Positions 1 through 7,871 of a stretch of DNA of 64,000 nucleotides are shown one piece after another (position 1 is the stretch's first letter; every line of letters starts with the position of its first letter). The stretch comes from Casimicrobiaceae bacterium (GTDB taxonomy: Bacteria; Pseudomonadota; Gammaproteobacteria; Burkholderiales; Casimicrobiaceae). The DNA lies in NCBI GenBank assembly GCA_035937415.1, contig DASZIB010000059.1:13199-77198 (forward strand). The letters are read 5' to 3'. Both the position numbers and the translations under genes were made by a program. The notes beneath the pieces are model-generated. The model did not search any database. It was not told where the DNA came from and worked only from the letters and a program-made list of their open reading frames with translations.

Positions 1-1
1 C

Positions 2-1018
2 TGGACTTCGGCGGACGCGGCGGGCCTCGCGATACTTCCGGGCCTTGTCCGCTACGACGAAGCCTGGAATCCCGCGGTGACCGATATCGGGCACGCCTTC
101 CGCGTCACCGTCCGCGCGACCAATGGCTACGTTTACCCCGCCTCGCATCGTGCCGGGTCGACAGTGGGTGCGCTGCCCATGGGTGCACGATTGCGCCTGA
201 AGGCCAATGTGGGCGGGCTCGATCCGGCGCTGCGCACGAGCGATTCCAACGTGCAGAAGATCTTCCGCGCCATGCAAAAGCACGGTCTCATCGTTGCCGA
301 CAACGGTAGCGACATGTACATCACCGGCACGTTCGACACGCGCTGGGACAATAGCATCTTGAATCCCGCCTTCTCGCTGCTGAGCGCGAGCGACTTCGAG
401 GTCGTGCAACTCGGATGGCAACCGGCCGCAGGAGCGGCCGTGCTCGCGGCGGTCAGCGCCAGTCCGAATGCCGTCGTAGGCGGGAGCCCGTCGACCGGCT
501 CGGTAAGCCTTACCGCGGTCGCACCCCCCGGCGGAGCGCTTGTTGTGCTATCGAGTGCGAGCAGTGCGGTCTCCGTGCCGGCAAACGTCACGGTGAGCGC
601 GGGAGCGGGCTCCGCGCCATTTGGAATCACGACATCCGCTGTCGCTACCCAGACATTGGCGACGCTCTCCGCCTCGTACAACGGCGTCACGAAGACGACG
701 ACGTTCACGGTCAATCCGGCGCCACTGCCGGTGCTCGCCACTCTGACGCTCAAGGCCACGAGCGTTAATGGGGGCACCCGTGTCACGGGGACGGTAACAC
801 TCACCGCGCCAGCAGCGGTCGGAGGCGCAGTCATCGCGCTCAGCAGTTCGAACGCGTCCTTGGTGTCGGTGCCCTCGCACGTCTTGGTTACGCCCGGCAG
901 GACGTCGGGCACATTCACCATGACCACCCGGCTGCCGGCGCAGAACACCGCGGTGACGATCACGGCCGCCTACGCCGGTGCGACAAAGACAGCCACGCTC
1001 ACGGTGAAGCGCAAGTAG
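2..1018 (+). CDS. Secreted-type protein, C-terminal portion (5' end lies outside the window)
   Basis: The frame is open from nt 2 to the stop at 1016-1018, so the GTG at 77 used by the ORF track is internal. A conserved-looking globular block (GLIVADNGSDMYITG...SASDFEVVQLG) is followed by two ~95-aa Ala/Ser/Thr/Val-rich repeats. Confidence 0.6.
   Translation, partial: WTSADAAGLAILPGLVRYDEAWNPAVTDIGHAFRVTVRATNGYVYPASHRAGSTVGALPMGARLRLKANVGGLDPALRTSDSNVQKIFRAMQKHGLIVADNGSDMYITGTFDTRWDNSILNPAFSLLSASDFEVVQLGWQPAAGAAVLAAVSASPNAVVGGSPSTGSVSLTAVAPPGGALVVLSSASSAVSVPANVTVSAGAGSAPFGITTSAVATQTLATLSASYNGVTKTTTFTVNPAPLPVLATLTLKATSVNGGTRVTGTVTLTAPAAVGGAVIALSSSNASLVSVPSHVLVTPGRTSGTFTMTTRLPAQNTAVTITAAYAGATKTATLTVKRK
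437..1006 (+). repeat. Tandem duplication of a ~95-codon module inside the CDS (beta-sandwich/Ig-like repeat at protein level)
   Basis: aa 121-214 and 218-310 of the 77-start ORF align by eye (..V.GG....G.V.LTA.A..GGA...LSS.....VSVP..V.V..G.....F...T........L.A.Y.G..KT....TV). Coordinates come from my residue count. Confidence 0.5.
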
Positions 1019-1116
1019 GCGCGGCCGGTTCGCTTCATTGCGCTAGGACAGGGGCAAACGCCCGCATCGGCAACCGCGGGTAGCGGCCCTGCTCCTTCCG
1101 AGTGGCGAATTCGGTA

Positions 1117-1605
1117 TCAGCTCGCGACCGTTCGCCGTGGTACGACGAGCTTTGCAGTCAACTTTTGCACCACCTCGCCACGCTGATTGAAGGTCTCGCT
1201 GCGCATGATGACCGTGCCGCGGTCCGCACGCGACCGCGACGGCGTTACCTCGAGGATTTCGCTCTCGACCTGCAGGATGTCGCCCGGCCGCGTGGGTTTC
1301 GGCCACGCGATTTCTGCGCCGGCACCGATAACGCCACCGGCGATCGGCGCTCCGCCGTCGACCAGCAGCCGCATCGTGATGGCGGCGGTGTGCCAGCCGC
1401 TGGCAGCGAGGCCAGCGAACAACGTGCCTTTGGCGCTTGCGGCATCGAGGTGAAACGGCTGCGGGTCAAACTGGGCCGCGAAAGTCTTGATCTGCGCCTC
1501 ATCCAGCGCGTGCGTTGCACTCTTGAATCGCTGTCCGACGTGGAGATCTTCGAGATAGAGTCCGCCGTTGCCAGGCTGCTTCCTAGGATAGGTCATGCGG
1601 CACAT
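1117..1605 (-). CDS. MaoC-like (R)-specific enoyl-CoA hydratase / hot-dog fold dehydratase
   Basis: Motif block LYLEDLHVGQRF...FAAQFDPQPFHLD...GTLFAGLAASGWHT. ATG 1605 lies 1 nt after the upstream stop (alternative ATG 1596). The longer 5' extension in the ORF track is Arg/Cys-rich and overlaps the upstream gene. Confidence 0.8.
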   Translation of the reverse strand: MCRMTYPRKQPGNGGLYLEDLHVGQRFKSATHALDEAQIKTFAAQFDPQPFHLDAASAKGTLFAGLAASGWHTAAITMRLLVDGGAPIAGGVIGAGAEIAWPKPTRPGDILQVESEILEVTPSRSRADRGTVIMRSETFNQRGEVVQKLTAKLVVPRRTVAS

Positions 1606-1606
1606 T

Positions 1607-2530
1607 TCAATAGAGCGGCGCCGGGCGCGGCAACGCCGGCAATTCCACGGGCAGGCTCTGGACGTTGCCGCTGACGAAATCGACGACCGCCCCGACCACC
1701 GCCGCGTCGCGCAACAGGCGGTGGTGTCCGAGTCCGTAGGTCTTGAGCAGCCGCGCGCCCGGGATAAGCCCTGATAAGCGCAGCGTGTGCGCGAACGGCA
1801 CATCGGTGTCGCCGCAGTCGTGCACGAACAGTGCCGCCACGTCCAGTCCCTCCAATTCCTCGATGCGGTCGATTTCGGCAAAGCGCACGCCGTAACGACG
1901 TTCGAGGCGGCGCCGCATCGCCTCGCGCACGCGCGGCGTGATCCCTATCAGGCGAGCGAAGTTATGCGCGTGTTCGTCCAGCGACGACGGCGGACTGACG
2001 AAAACGACCCGTCCAAGACGTATCCCGCGGCGCAGTGCCAAGCCGATCGCCGCGGCGCCCAGCGAATGGCCGATGGCAGCGGCGAACGGTCCATGCGTTG
2101 CGGTGAGCGCTTCCACCGCGCGCACGAAATCCGGCAAGGCGACGGCCCTGCGCCGGTTGTCACCGTGGCCTGGCTGATCGAACCACACCGCGCGATACCC
2201 GCGCGCAAGCAGGGGTGCTACAAAACTGCCCATCTGCACGCCGCGTCCGCCCCAGCCGTGAACGAGCAAGACGGCCGGGGCCCACGCCGGGCCTGCCTGC
2301 CAGACAGGGAGCGAGTGCTTGCCCGCGACGACGGTTTCCCGCCGCGCGTCCACCGGGTGGGTTCTGCGGCCCGCGTAACGCGGCGGCAGGGTAAACAGGC
2401 GCTCCGCCTGGCGACGTGCGAGACCGGGGAGGAGTCGGGAGGCGATCGCAAAATACGCGCGGACGAGCGCCTGGATCGGAACTGCCGGCACGATCGTGCT
2501 ATTTAAGGGTGTGGCCGAGGTCGCACTCAT
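1607..2530 (-). CDS. Alpha/beta-fold hydrolase
   Basis: LLVHGWGG oxyanion region and nucleophile elbow GHSLGAA. ATG 2530 is preceded by GGAG (TTG 2545 also possible). It starts about 20 nt downstream of the tetR-like stop. Confidence 0.8.
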   Translation of the reverse strand: MSATSATPLNSTIVPAVPIQALVRAYFAIASRLLPGLARRQAERLFTLPPRYAGRRTHPVDARRETVVAGKHSLPVWQAGPAWAPAVLLVHGWGGRGVQMGSFVAPLLARGYRAVWFDQPGHGDNRRRAVALPDFVRAVEALTATHGPFAAAIGHSLGAAAIGLALRRGIRLGRVVFVSPPSSLDEHAHNFARLIGITPRVREAMRRRLERRYGVRFAEIDRIEELEGLDVAALFVHDCGDTDVPFAHTLRLSGLIPGARLLKTYGLGHHRLLRDAAVVGAVVDFVSGNVQSLPVELPALPRPAPLY

Positions 2531-2551
2531 CACGGTTCTCCGCAACTAATT

Positions 2552-3148
2552 TCAGGCGGCCACAGAGGCCGCTGCGATCAGCCGCTCGAACGCGCTGCGC
2601 GCTCGCGACTGAGCCTTGTCGCCGTGCAACAGCCGTGCGGCATGGTAATAGGCATAGATGACGCCCAGCATCTCGAACACGAACTGGCCGACGTCCAGAT
2701 CCGGCCGCAAATGACCCTGGCCAACGGCGAGTTCGACCGCGCGGCCCAGTTCCCGATCGAGGCGTGCGAAGTGTTCGATCACTGCATCGCGAACCGGCCC
2801 TGGCTGGTCGTCAAACTCCACCGCAGCCGCCTGCATCGGGCAGCCGTGAGCCCAGCCGCTCCGGGTCGTCCAATCGAGCCACTTTTCGAACAGGGCCCGC
2901 AGGCGCGGCAGGCCACGCGGCGCGGCGAGAGCGGGGATAAACACCGTTTCGGTAAAGCGCGCCGCGGCAGCTTCGATGGCGGCCACCTGCAGTTCCTCGC
3001 GCGAACCGAAATGCGCGAACAAGCCGCTCTTGGACAGACCCGCGCGCTCAGCGAGCGAGCCAATCGTTAGCGACTCAAAACCACCCTCGCTGGCCTGCGC
3101 CAGCGCGGCCTCGAGAATTGCGCTCCGAGTCTGCTCGCCCTTGCTCAT
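2552..3148 (-). CDS. TetR/AcrR-family transcriptional regulator
   Basis: N-terminal TetR HTH (SLTIGSLAERAGLSKSGLFAHFGSREEL). ATG 3148 is chosen because a consensus-like promoter lies immediately upstream (next feature). First gene of a tetR-hydrolase-maoC array. Confidence 0.85.
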   Translation of the reverse strand: MSKGEQTRSAILEAALAQASEGGFESLTIGSLAERAGLSKSGLFAHFGSREELQVAAIEAAAARFTETVFIPALAAPRGLPRLRALFEKWLDWTTRSGWAHGCPMQAAAVEFDDQPGPVRDAVIEHFARLDRELGRAVELAVGQGHLRPDLDVGQFVFEMLGVIYAYYHAARLLHGDKAQSRARSAFERLIAAASVAA

Positions 3149-3155
3149 GCAACGT

Positions 3156-3184
3156 AATATACGAACGTTCGTGCTTTTTGTCAA
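3156..3184 (-). promoter_or_regulatory. Sigma70-type promoter with an embedded palindromic operator, upstream of the tetR-like gene
   Basis: The minus strand reads TTGACA (3184-3179), a 17-nt spacer, then TATATT (3161-3156), then 7 nt, then ATG (3148). A perfect 12-bp palindrome ACGAACGTTCGT occupies 3161-3172 inside the spacer and the edge of the -10 box. Confidence 0.5.
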
Positions 3185-3238
3185 TGCCATGAATCCCAGG
3201 TAGTCTCCAGGCCTCCGTCGCTGAGGCGCGCTCGCGCC

Positions 3239-3844
3239 TTAGGTGCCGAGGGCCGAGCCGGCAAGCCAGGCTCGGCCCTCGGCGTACAGCGCTTCCACTT
3301 CCGGCCCCTTCAGGCCAGGCATATCGCGTTTGACGGTATAGCCGATCCGGGTCTGCGCGTAGGCGAGGTGGCGATAGCCGTCCGGGAACTGCGCGAGCAG
3401 GGTTTCATCGAGTTGGGGCGCTTCGCCCGGCACCACGGAATCCAGGCGATCCTTTTCGTAGATCGGCTGCCGCAGCCGGATCGCCCAGCGTTCGCCGCGC
3501 CGTTCGAAGAAGTCGTAGAAGCGCCCGGTGCAGACAACGTCGCAGCGCACGCCCTCAACGGTGGCGCGCTGCGAGATGGTCATCTTGGTCTGGCTGATCG
3601 CGCGTTCGCCGACAACGTCGATCGATGTGCCGCCAAGGAAGTGAAGAATGCTCACGCCCTTGTTCCAACCTTCCTTGCTCACCCGGATGAACGCCTCGGC
3701 CGGCCCCTGAAACCACGTCGCCATCATGATGCCGTCGTCGTGCCAAACGTCCTGGAAGCGATCCCAGTCGCCGGAGTCCCGCCACACGACCCAGTTCTCG
3801 ACAACCTCGCGGATTGTCAGGCGCGCGATCAGGTTGCTTTCCAT
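3239..3844 (-). CDS. SnoaL-like / NTF2-fold protein
   Basis: 201 aa from ATG 3844 (MESNLIARLTIREVVENWVVWRDSGDWDRF...). Size and pattern are typical of the NTF2-like superfamily. The upstream extension in the ORF track is Arg-rich. Confidence 0.65.
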   Translation of the reverse strand: MESNLIARLTIREVVENWVVWRDSGDWDRFQDVWHDDGIMMATWFQGPAEAFIRVSKEGWNKGVSILHFLGGTSIDVVGERAISQTKMTISQRATVEGVRCDVVCTGRFYDFFERRGERWAIRLRQPIYEKDRLDSVVPGEAPQLDETLLAQFPDGYRHLAYAQTRIGYTVKRDMPGLKGPEVEALYAEGRAWLAGSALGT

Positions 3845-3931
3845 TGGTTTTCCCCGGTTTGGCCGGCGATGTCGCCCCCGGGCATTATCCACGACGCGAC
3901 CGCGACCGCAGCCGCAAAGCGTGGCGGCCTG

Positions 3932-5182
3932 TTATCGCACCGGCGCGGCAATCGTCGCCGCGCCCACGAAGCGATCGCGTCCGCCCACCTTCGCCCGATA
4001 CAGCGCCGCGTCCGCACGCAACATCCAGGCTTCGACATCCGTCGTCGCCGCGTCGGTCTCGGCGGCTCCGAGGCTCACCGTGCAGCGCAGGTTCGGAGCG
4101 TTGTCGAAGGCATGGCGATCCAGGTGGCGGCGGATACGCCGGGCGGCTGTTTCCGCCCCAAGCAGCTCGGTCTCCGGCAAGACCAGCAGGAATTCGTCGC
4201 CGCCGTAGCGGGCGGCCACGTCGACTGCGCGGCAGCATTTGCGCAGGGTTTCCGCGACGGCGCACAACACCGCGTCGCCCGTGGGGTGCCCGTAGCGGTC
4301 GTTGATCTCCTTGAATCGGTCGATATCCAGGACGAGCAGCACCGCCGGCCGTCCAGTGCGATGGAAGCGCGCCAGTTCCTTTTCCGCCTGTGCGAAGCCC
4401 TGGCGGCGATTAGCGAGACCCGTCAACCCATCGATCCGACCCAACGCATCCAGCCGCTGATTCTGCCGTGCGAGTTTGCGCGCCAGTGCGTAACTGACCG
4501 TACTGATCGCCAGCGGGTACAACACCAGGAAGGGTATGCACGCGACGATGACGGACATCGGCGTCACGATATCCACCGGTGCGCCGAGCAGCGCCGAAGT
4601 CACTGCGCAGCCCGCAACCAGCAGCGCCAGACTTCGCAGCAGCAGCGACGGGCCGCCTACGCTGACCTTGTCGACCAGGAGCATTGCGGCGAGCAACACG
4701 CTCGGCAGCAGGTTGAATTGCATGACCGCGATCCACATGCCGCCGAGCGCGGAGTCAACCATCAAGTTCCTGAACTCAGTCCGTCGCGGCTGCGCGCTGC
4801 GCATCGCCAGCAGCCGCGCCGCATGCGGCCAGACGAAGGCGTTTGCGAGCAGCAGGACCCACCAGGCAGAGGCTTGTTCGTGCTGGCGCAGTACCGATGC
4901 CACGCAAAGGAAACCGAGCCCGAGCCCGAGCGTGCGCAGGCGGTGGATGCGGCGAACGAAGCGCTCGTGCCCACGGTGCTGCGTGGTCGAGGGGCCACCG
5001 TGGCGACCGCTGCGCCCGTCCGCGGCGATGCCGTCGCGAGGCAGGCCATTGCCACTCCCCGCGTCGGCGACCGCTGGCAGCGCGGGAACATCGGCGCCGG
5101 CATCGTGGCGCGCGCCGGCTACATGTGACGGTCGACGGCAGTATGGGACCCCACCGACAGTAATTGCTCGCATACCATGCAC
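3932..5182 (-). CDS. Diguanylate cyclase, MASE2-like membrane domain + GGDEF (AdrA/DgcC-like architecture)
   Basis: C-terminal GGDEF domain (LDIDRFKEINDRYGH...RYGGDEF) with RAVD (RxxD) five residues upstream. The multi-TM N-terminal region resembles E. coli AdrA MASE2 (WWVLLLANAFVWPHAARLLA vs AdrA WWWLVLVGWAFVWPHLAWQIA, recalled from memory). The true start is uncertain. Confidence 0.85.
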   Translation of the reverse strand: MHGMRAITVGGVPYCRRPSHVAGARHDAGADVPALPAVADAGSGNGLPRDGIAADGRSGRHGGPSTTQHRGHERFVRRIHRLRTLGLGLGFLCVASVLRQHEQASAWWVLLLANAFVWPHAARLLAMRSAQPRRTEFRNLMVDSALGGMWIAVMQFNLLPSVLLAAMLLVDKVSVGGPSLLLRSLALLVAGCAVTSALLGAPVDIVTPMSVIVACIPFLVLYPLAISTVSYALARKLARQNQRLDALGRIDGLTGLANRRQGFAQAEKELARFHRTGRPAVLLVLDIDRFKEINDRYGHPTGDAVLCAVAETLRKCCRAVDVAARYGGDEFLLVLPETELLGAETAARRIRRHLDRHAFDNAPNLRCTVSLGAAETDAATTDVEAWMLRADAALYRAKVGGRDRFVGAATIAAPVR

Positions 5183-5411
5183 TCAGCAAGTACCTTGCCA
5201 ATGCCTTGACTTCGCCCAAGCTTCGCGAGCGGCGTGCGACCCAGCCGCGCACCCGGAGGCAGGCTCCTTGTCCCTCGCCGATTGCCGGGAGCTCAAGCCG
5301 CCGATGGGCGCCTACCCGACGTGAATCGGTCGGGGGGAAGTACACTCACGTCGACGCACGCCTCTGCGGCACGCGTCGACAAGCAGGAACCGGGTTTGAG
5401 AGGGGGTTCGC

Positions 5412-5813
5412 ATGGCAAAGACCGTTGGCGGCATCGTTGCTGGCCTGATCACCTGGTTTGTCGTCGTGACAATCGGCAACCTCCTGTTGCGGGCCCTCTG
5501 GCCGGCTTATGCCGAGGTGGAAAGCGCAATGCGCTTCACTCTCGCCATGATGTTCGCTCGGCTCCTGTTGGGTGGGGTGTCCTCCGTTTGCGGCGGGTTC
5601 GCGCTGGCCTGGATCACGAAGCGAAGTGGCAGGCCGGCCCTGTTTCTCGGCGCTCTCCTGACCGCCCTGTTCATTCCGGTCCACTACGGCTTGTGGGACA
5701 AGTTCCACCTCTGGTATCACCTGATATTTCTGGCCTCGCTCTTGCCGCTCACGGTTCTGGGGGCGCTGGCGTACGCGCAGGGTGCGGTTGACCGCCGGGA
5801 CGCCACCACCTAA
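5412..5813 (+). CDS. Small integral membrane protein (about 4 TM), unknown function
   Basis: ATG preceded by GAGAGGGGG. Four hydrophobic segments (IVAGLITWFVVVTIGNLLL, LAMMFARLLLGGVSSVCGGFALAWI, ALFLGALLTALFIPV, LIFLASLLPLTVLGALAYA). Confidence 0.55.
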   Translation: MAKTVGGIVAGLITWFVVVTIGNLLLRALWPAYAEVESAMRFTLAMMFARLLLGGVSSVCGGFALAWITKRSGRPALFLGALLTALFIPVHYGLWDKFHLWYHLIFLASLLPLTVLGALAYAQGAVDRRDATT

Positions 5814-5881
5814 AGTCTGCTGCTCGAGCGCGAACGCGCGGTTGATCCTGGCCGCCCTGCGCTTGAACGCTTTCCCCTCTC

Positions 5882-7687
5882 ATGACATCCACGCCCATAC
5901 CGCAGCAGGAGCTCGCAGCTCCGCGCTGGGCATGGCTTCCGCGACCTGGTACGTGGAAGTACTACGCGTTGCTGGGCGCCGTCGGCATCCTTGTCCTGGG
6001 GCCTTTGGGAGGGCTCGCCGCGTCGTACATGAATTTCTCGCTCGGGTTCTTCGTCGGCGGCCAGGTTCTCGCCGGCATCCTCGGGTCGACGGTGACGTTC
6101 GGGTACGGCGCTGCGGGGCGGCACGGCGCGAACTACATCCAGACGACGGCCGCCTCGGTCGCCGGAATGAGCGGCATGGCGGTGGTGATCCAAGCAATGA
6201 CCTGGCTCGGGCTGCCGCAGCCGCCGATATGGCAGCTCATCCTCTACATGCTCTGTATCGGCATGTTCGGCGTAGGCGTCGGCATGCTCTACACGCCCAT
6301 TCTTGTGGACCGCCTGCAGCTCAAGTTCCCATCGGGCCTCGCCGTCGCCAATATTTTGCGGGCGCTGACGGATCCCGAATTGCTTCGACAGTCGGTCGGG
6401 CGCCTGTTCGGGGGTATGGCATTGGGAATCGCCGGCGGCATCGGCGCGGCCAAGACGACGCTGCTCGGCGCGATCGATCTGTCCACTTCCACCTTCGGTG
6501 CCGGAATGATCGTTGGTGCGCGCATCGGCCTGGCTGCGCTCGTCGGCGGCCTTGTCGGCTGGGTGCTGATCCCCTACTTCGTGATGATCGGCTGGCTGAA
6601 GCCTGGCGAGCCGTTCCGCAAGATCACATTCTTAATCGCGCTGGGAATGATCATGGGCGCGGCGCTGATCGATGTGTCGCTGATTCTTTTTCGCGCTTAC
6701 CGGCGCGCGCGGCAGCACGCCGCCAGGCCGGTGCCGGAGCAGGAGGACTGGAAGCGCACCAACATCAAAAGACTGGTCGCCTGGGTCGTGTTCTGGGGCA
6801 TCGGTATCGTGGTCATGGGTTCGCAGGTCCTGCATCAGCCGGTGGGTTACCTGACCTTTGCGGTGTTGCTGGTCTTCGTGTTCGCGCTGGTGAACGGCAT
6901 CTCCGTGGGGATGGTGGATTCAAATCCGATTTCCTCCGCGTTCGTGGTCACCGTCATACTGATGGCTGCGATGGGACTTAAGGATCCGACTATCGGCCTG
7001 ATCGCGGCAACCGTGCTGCTCGTGTCGACCAGCGAGGCATGTGACATGCAGCAGGATCGCTCCACCGGCTGGCGGCTGGGCACCAACCGCACGATCCAGT
7101 TCCGCTTTCAGGTCGCCGGGATCGTGATGGGGGCCATTATGGCAGTCGTATTTGCCGAGCTCTTCATGAGCGCATACCCCGTGCTGCAGCTGGATCAAAC
7201 CGCGCTCCCCGCCGACCAGCAGCCCGAGAAGTGGACCTCGGCGATGACCTACAAGTTCGTCGGCATATTGCGCAGCCTGACCGACGACAAGCCCTTTCAG
7301 CGCACGGCGATCTGGGTCGGCGTAGCGATCGGGTTTACGACCGAGATTCTGCGCAAAGTCATCAAATCGCGAGGGGCGTACAAGAAGTTCGTCGCGGCGA
7401 GCCGGGCGGGGTTTGCAACCGATTTCCTCCTTGATGCGGTGCTGTTGCCATCACCTTACGCGTCGTCATTCGGCGGCTTTGTCAATCTGCCGACCTCGTC
7501 GTGGTTCGCTGCCGGCGGCGTGGTCGCGAGCATCGCCAACAGCCTGCCGAAGGGCAAGGGCAAGGCATCCGCGCTCCCCGAAGACATGAGTACGGCCTCG
7601 CTCATGGGCGGCGGGCTCATTGCCGGTGACGCGCTCGCTGCACTCGGGCTGGGAATTGCCGGGCTACTCTCGACGGTACTCACCTGA
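5882..7687 (+). CDS. OPT-family oligopeptide transporter
   Basis: 601 aa and polytopic. The pattern is typical of bacterial OPT proteins (FFVGGQVLAGILGSTVTFGY, NPISSAFVVTVILMAAMGL, GTNRTIQFRFQVAGIVMGAIM). Confidence 0.8.
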   Translation: MTSTPIPQQELAAPRWAWLPRPGTWKYYALLGAVGILVLGPLGGLAASYMNFSLGFFVGGQVLAGILGSTVTFGYGAAGRHGANYIQTTAASVAGMSGMAVVIQAMTWLGLPQPPIWQLILYMLCIGMFGVGVGMLYTPILVDRLQLKFPSGLAVANILRALTDPELLRQSVGRLFGGMALGIAGGIGAAKTTLLGAIDLSTSTFGAGMIVGARIGLAALVGGLVGWVLIPYFVMIGWLKPGEPFRKITFLIALGMIMGAALIDVSLILFRAYRRARQHAARPVPEQEDWKRTNIKRLVAWVVFWGIGIVVMGSQVLHQPVGYLTFAVLLVFVFALVNGISVGMVDSNPISSAFVVTVILMAAMGLKDPTIGLIAATVLLVSTSEACDMQQDRSTGWRLGTNRTIQFRFQVAGIVMGAIMAVVFAELFMSAYPVLQLDQTALPADQQPEKWTSAMTYKFVGILRSLTDDKPFQRTAIWVGVAIGFTTEILRKVIKSRGAYKKFVAASRAGFATDFLLDAVLLPSPYASSFGGFVNLPTSSWFAAGGVVASIANSLPKGKGKASALPEDMSTASLMGGGLIAGDALAALGLGIAGLLSTVLT

Positions 7688-7871
7688 CCGCGGGTGCGCA
7701 GATCGCTCCGCCACGGCGCACGCCGGACTTGGCAGGCCGCTGCTGACACGGGCGCACTGATCTCGGGCACCGGACCGAGACGCACGGCGGACTCCGCCCG
7801 AATCAACCGCCCGTTATGCAACGTCGGTAGCGGGCGGTGCACCGCCTCGGCGGCCGCCTGATCGCGGTACG

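Noticed and set aside
3368-5128. 586-aa plus-strand ORF, plus many similar long ORFs elsewhere (e.g. 10713-12074 -, 41190-42605 -, 43946-44971 -, 49277-50611 -, 58450-59445 -, 23441-24463 -)
   Set aside because: Each is antisense to, or out of frame with, a gene carrying clear family motifs. Their translations are Arg/Ala/Pro/Gly-rich low-complexity strings, typical of stop-poor alternative frames in GC-rich DNA.
7688-7871. SOS (LexA) box or other obvious operator upstream of ligD
   Set aside because: No CTGT-N8-ACAG or comparable palindrome is visible, so I make no regulatory call.
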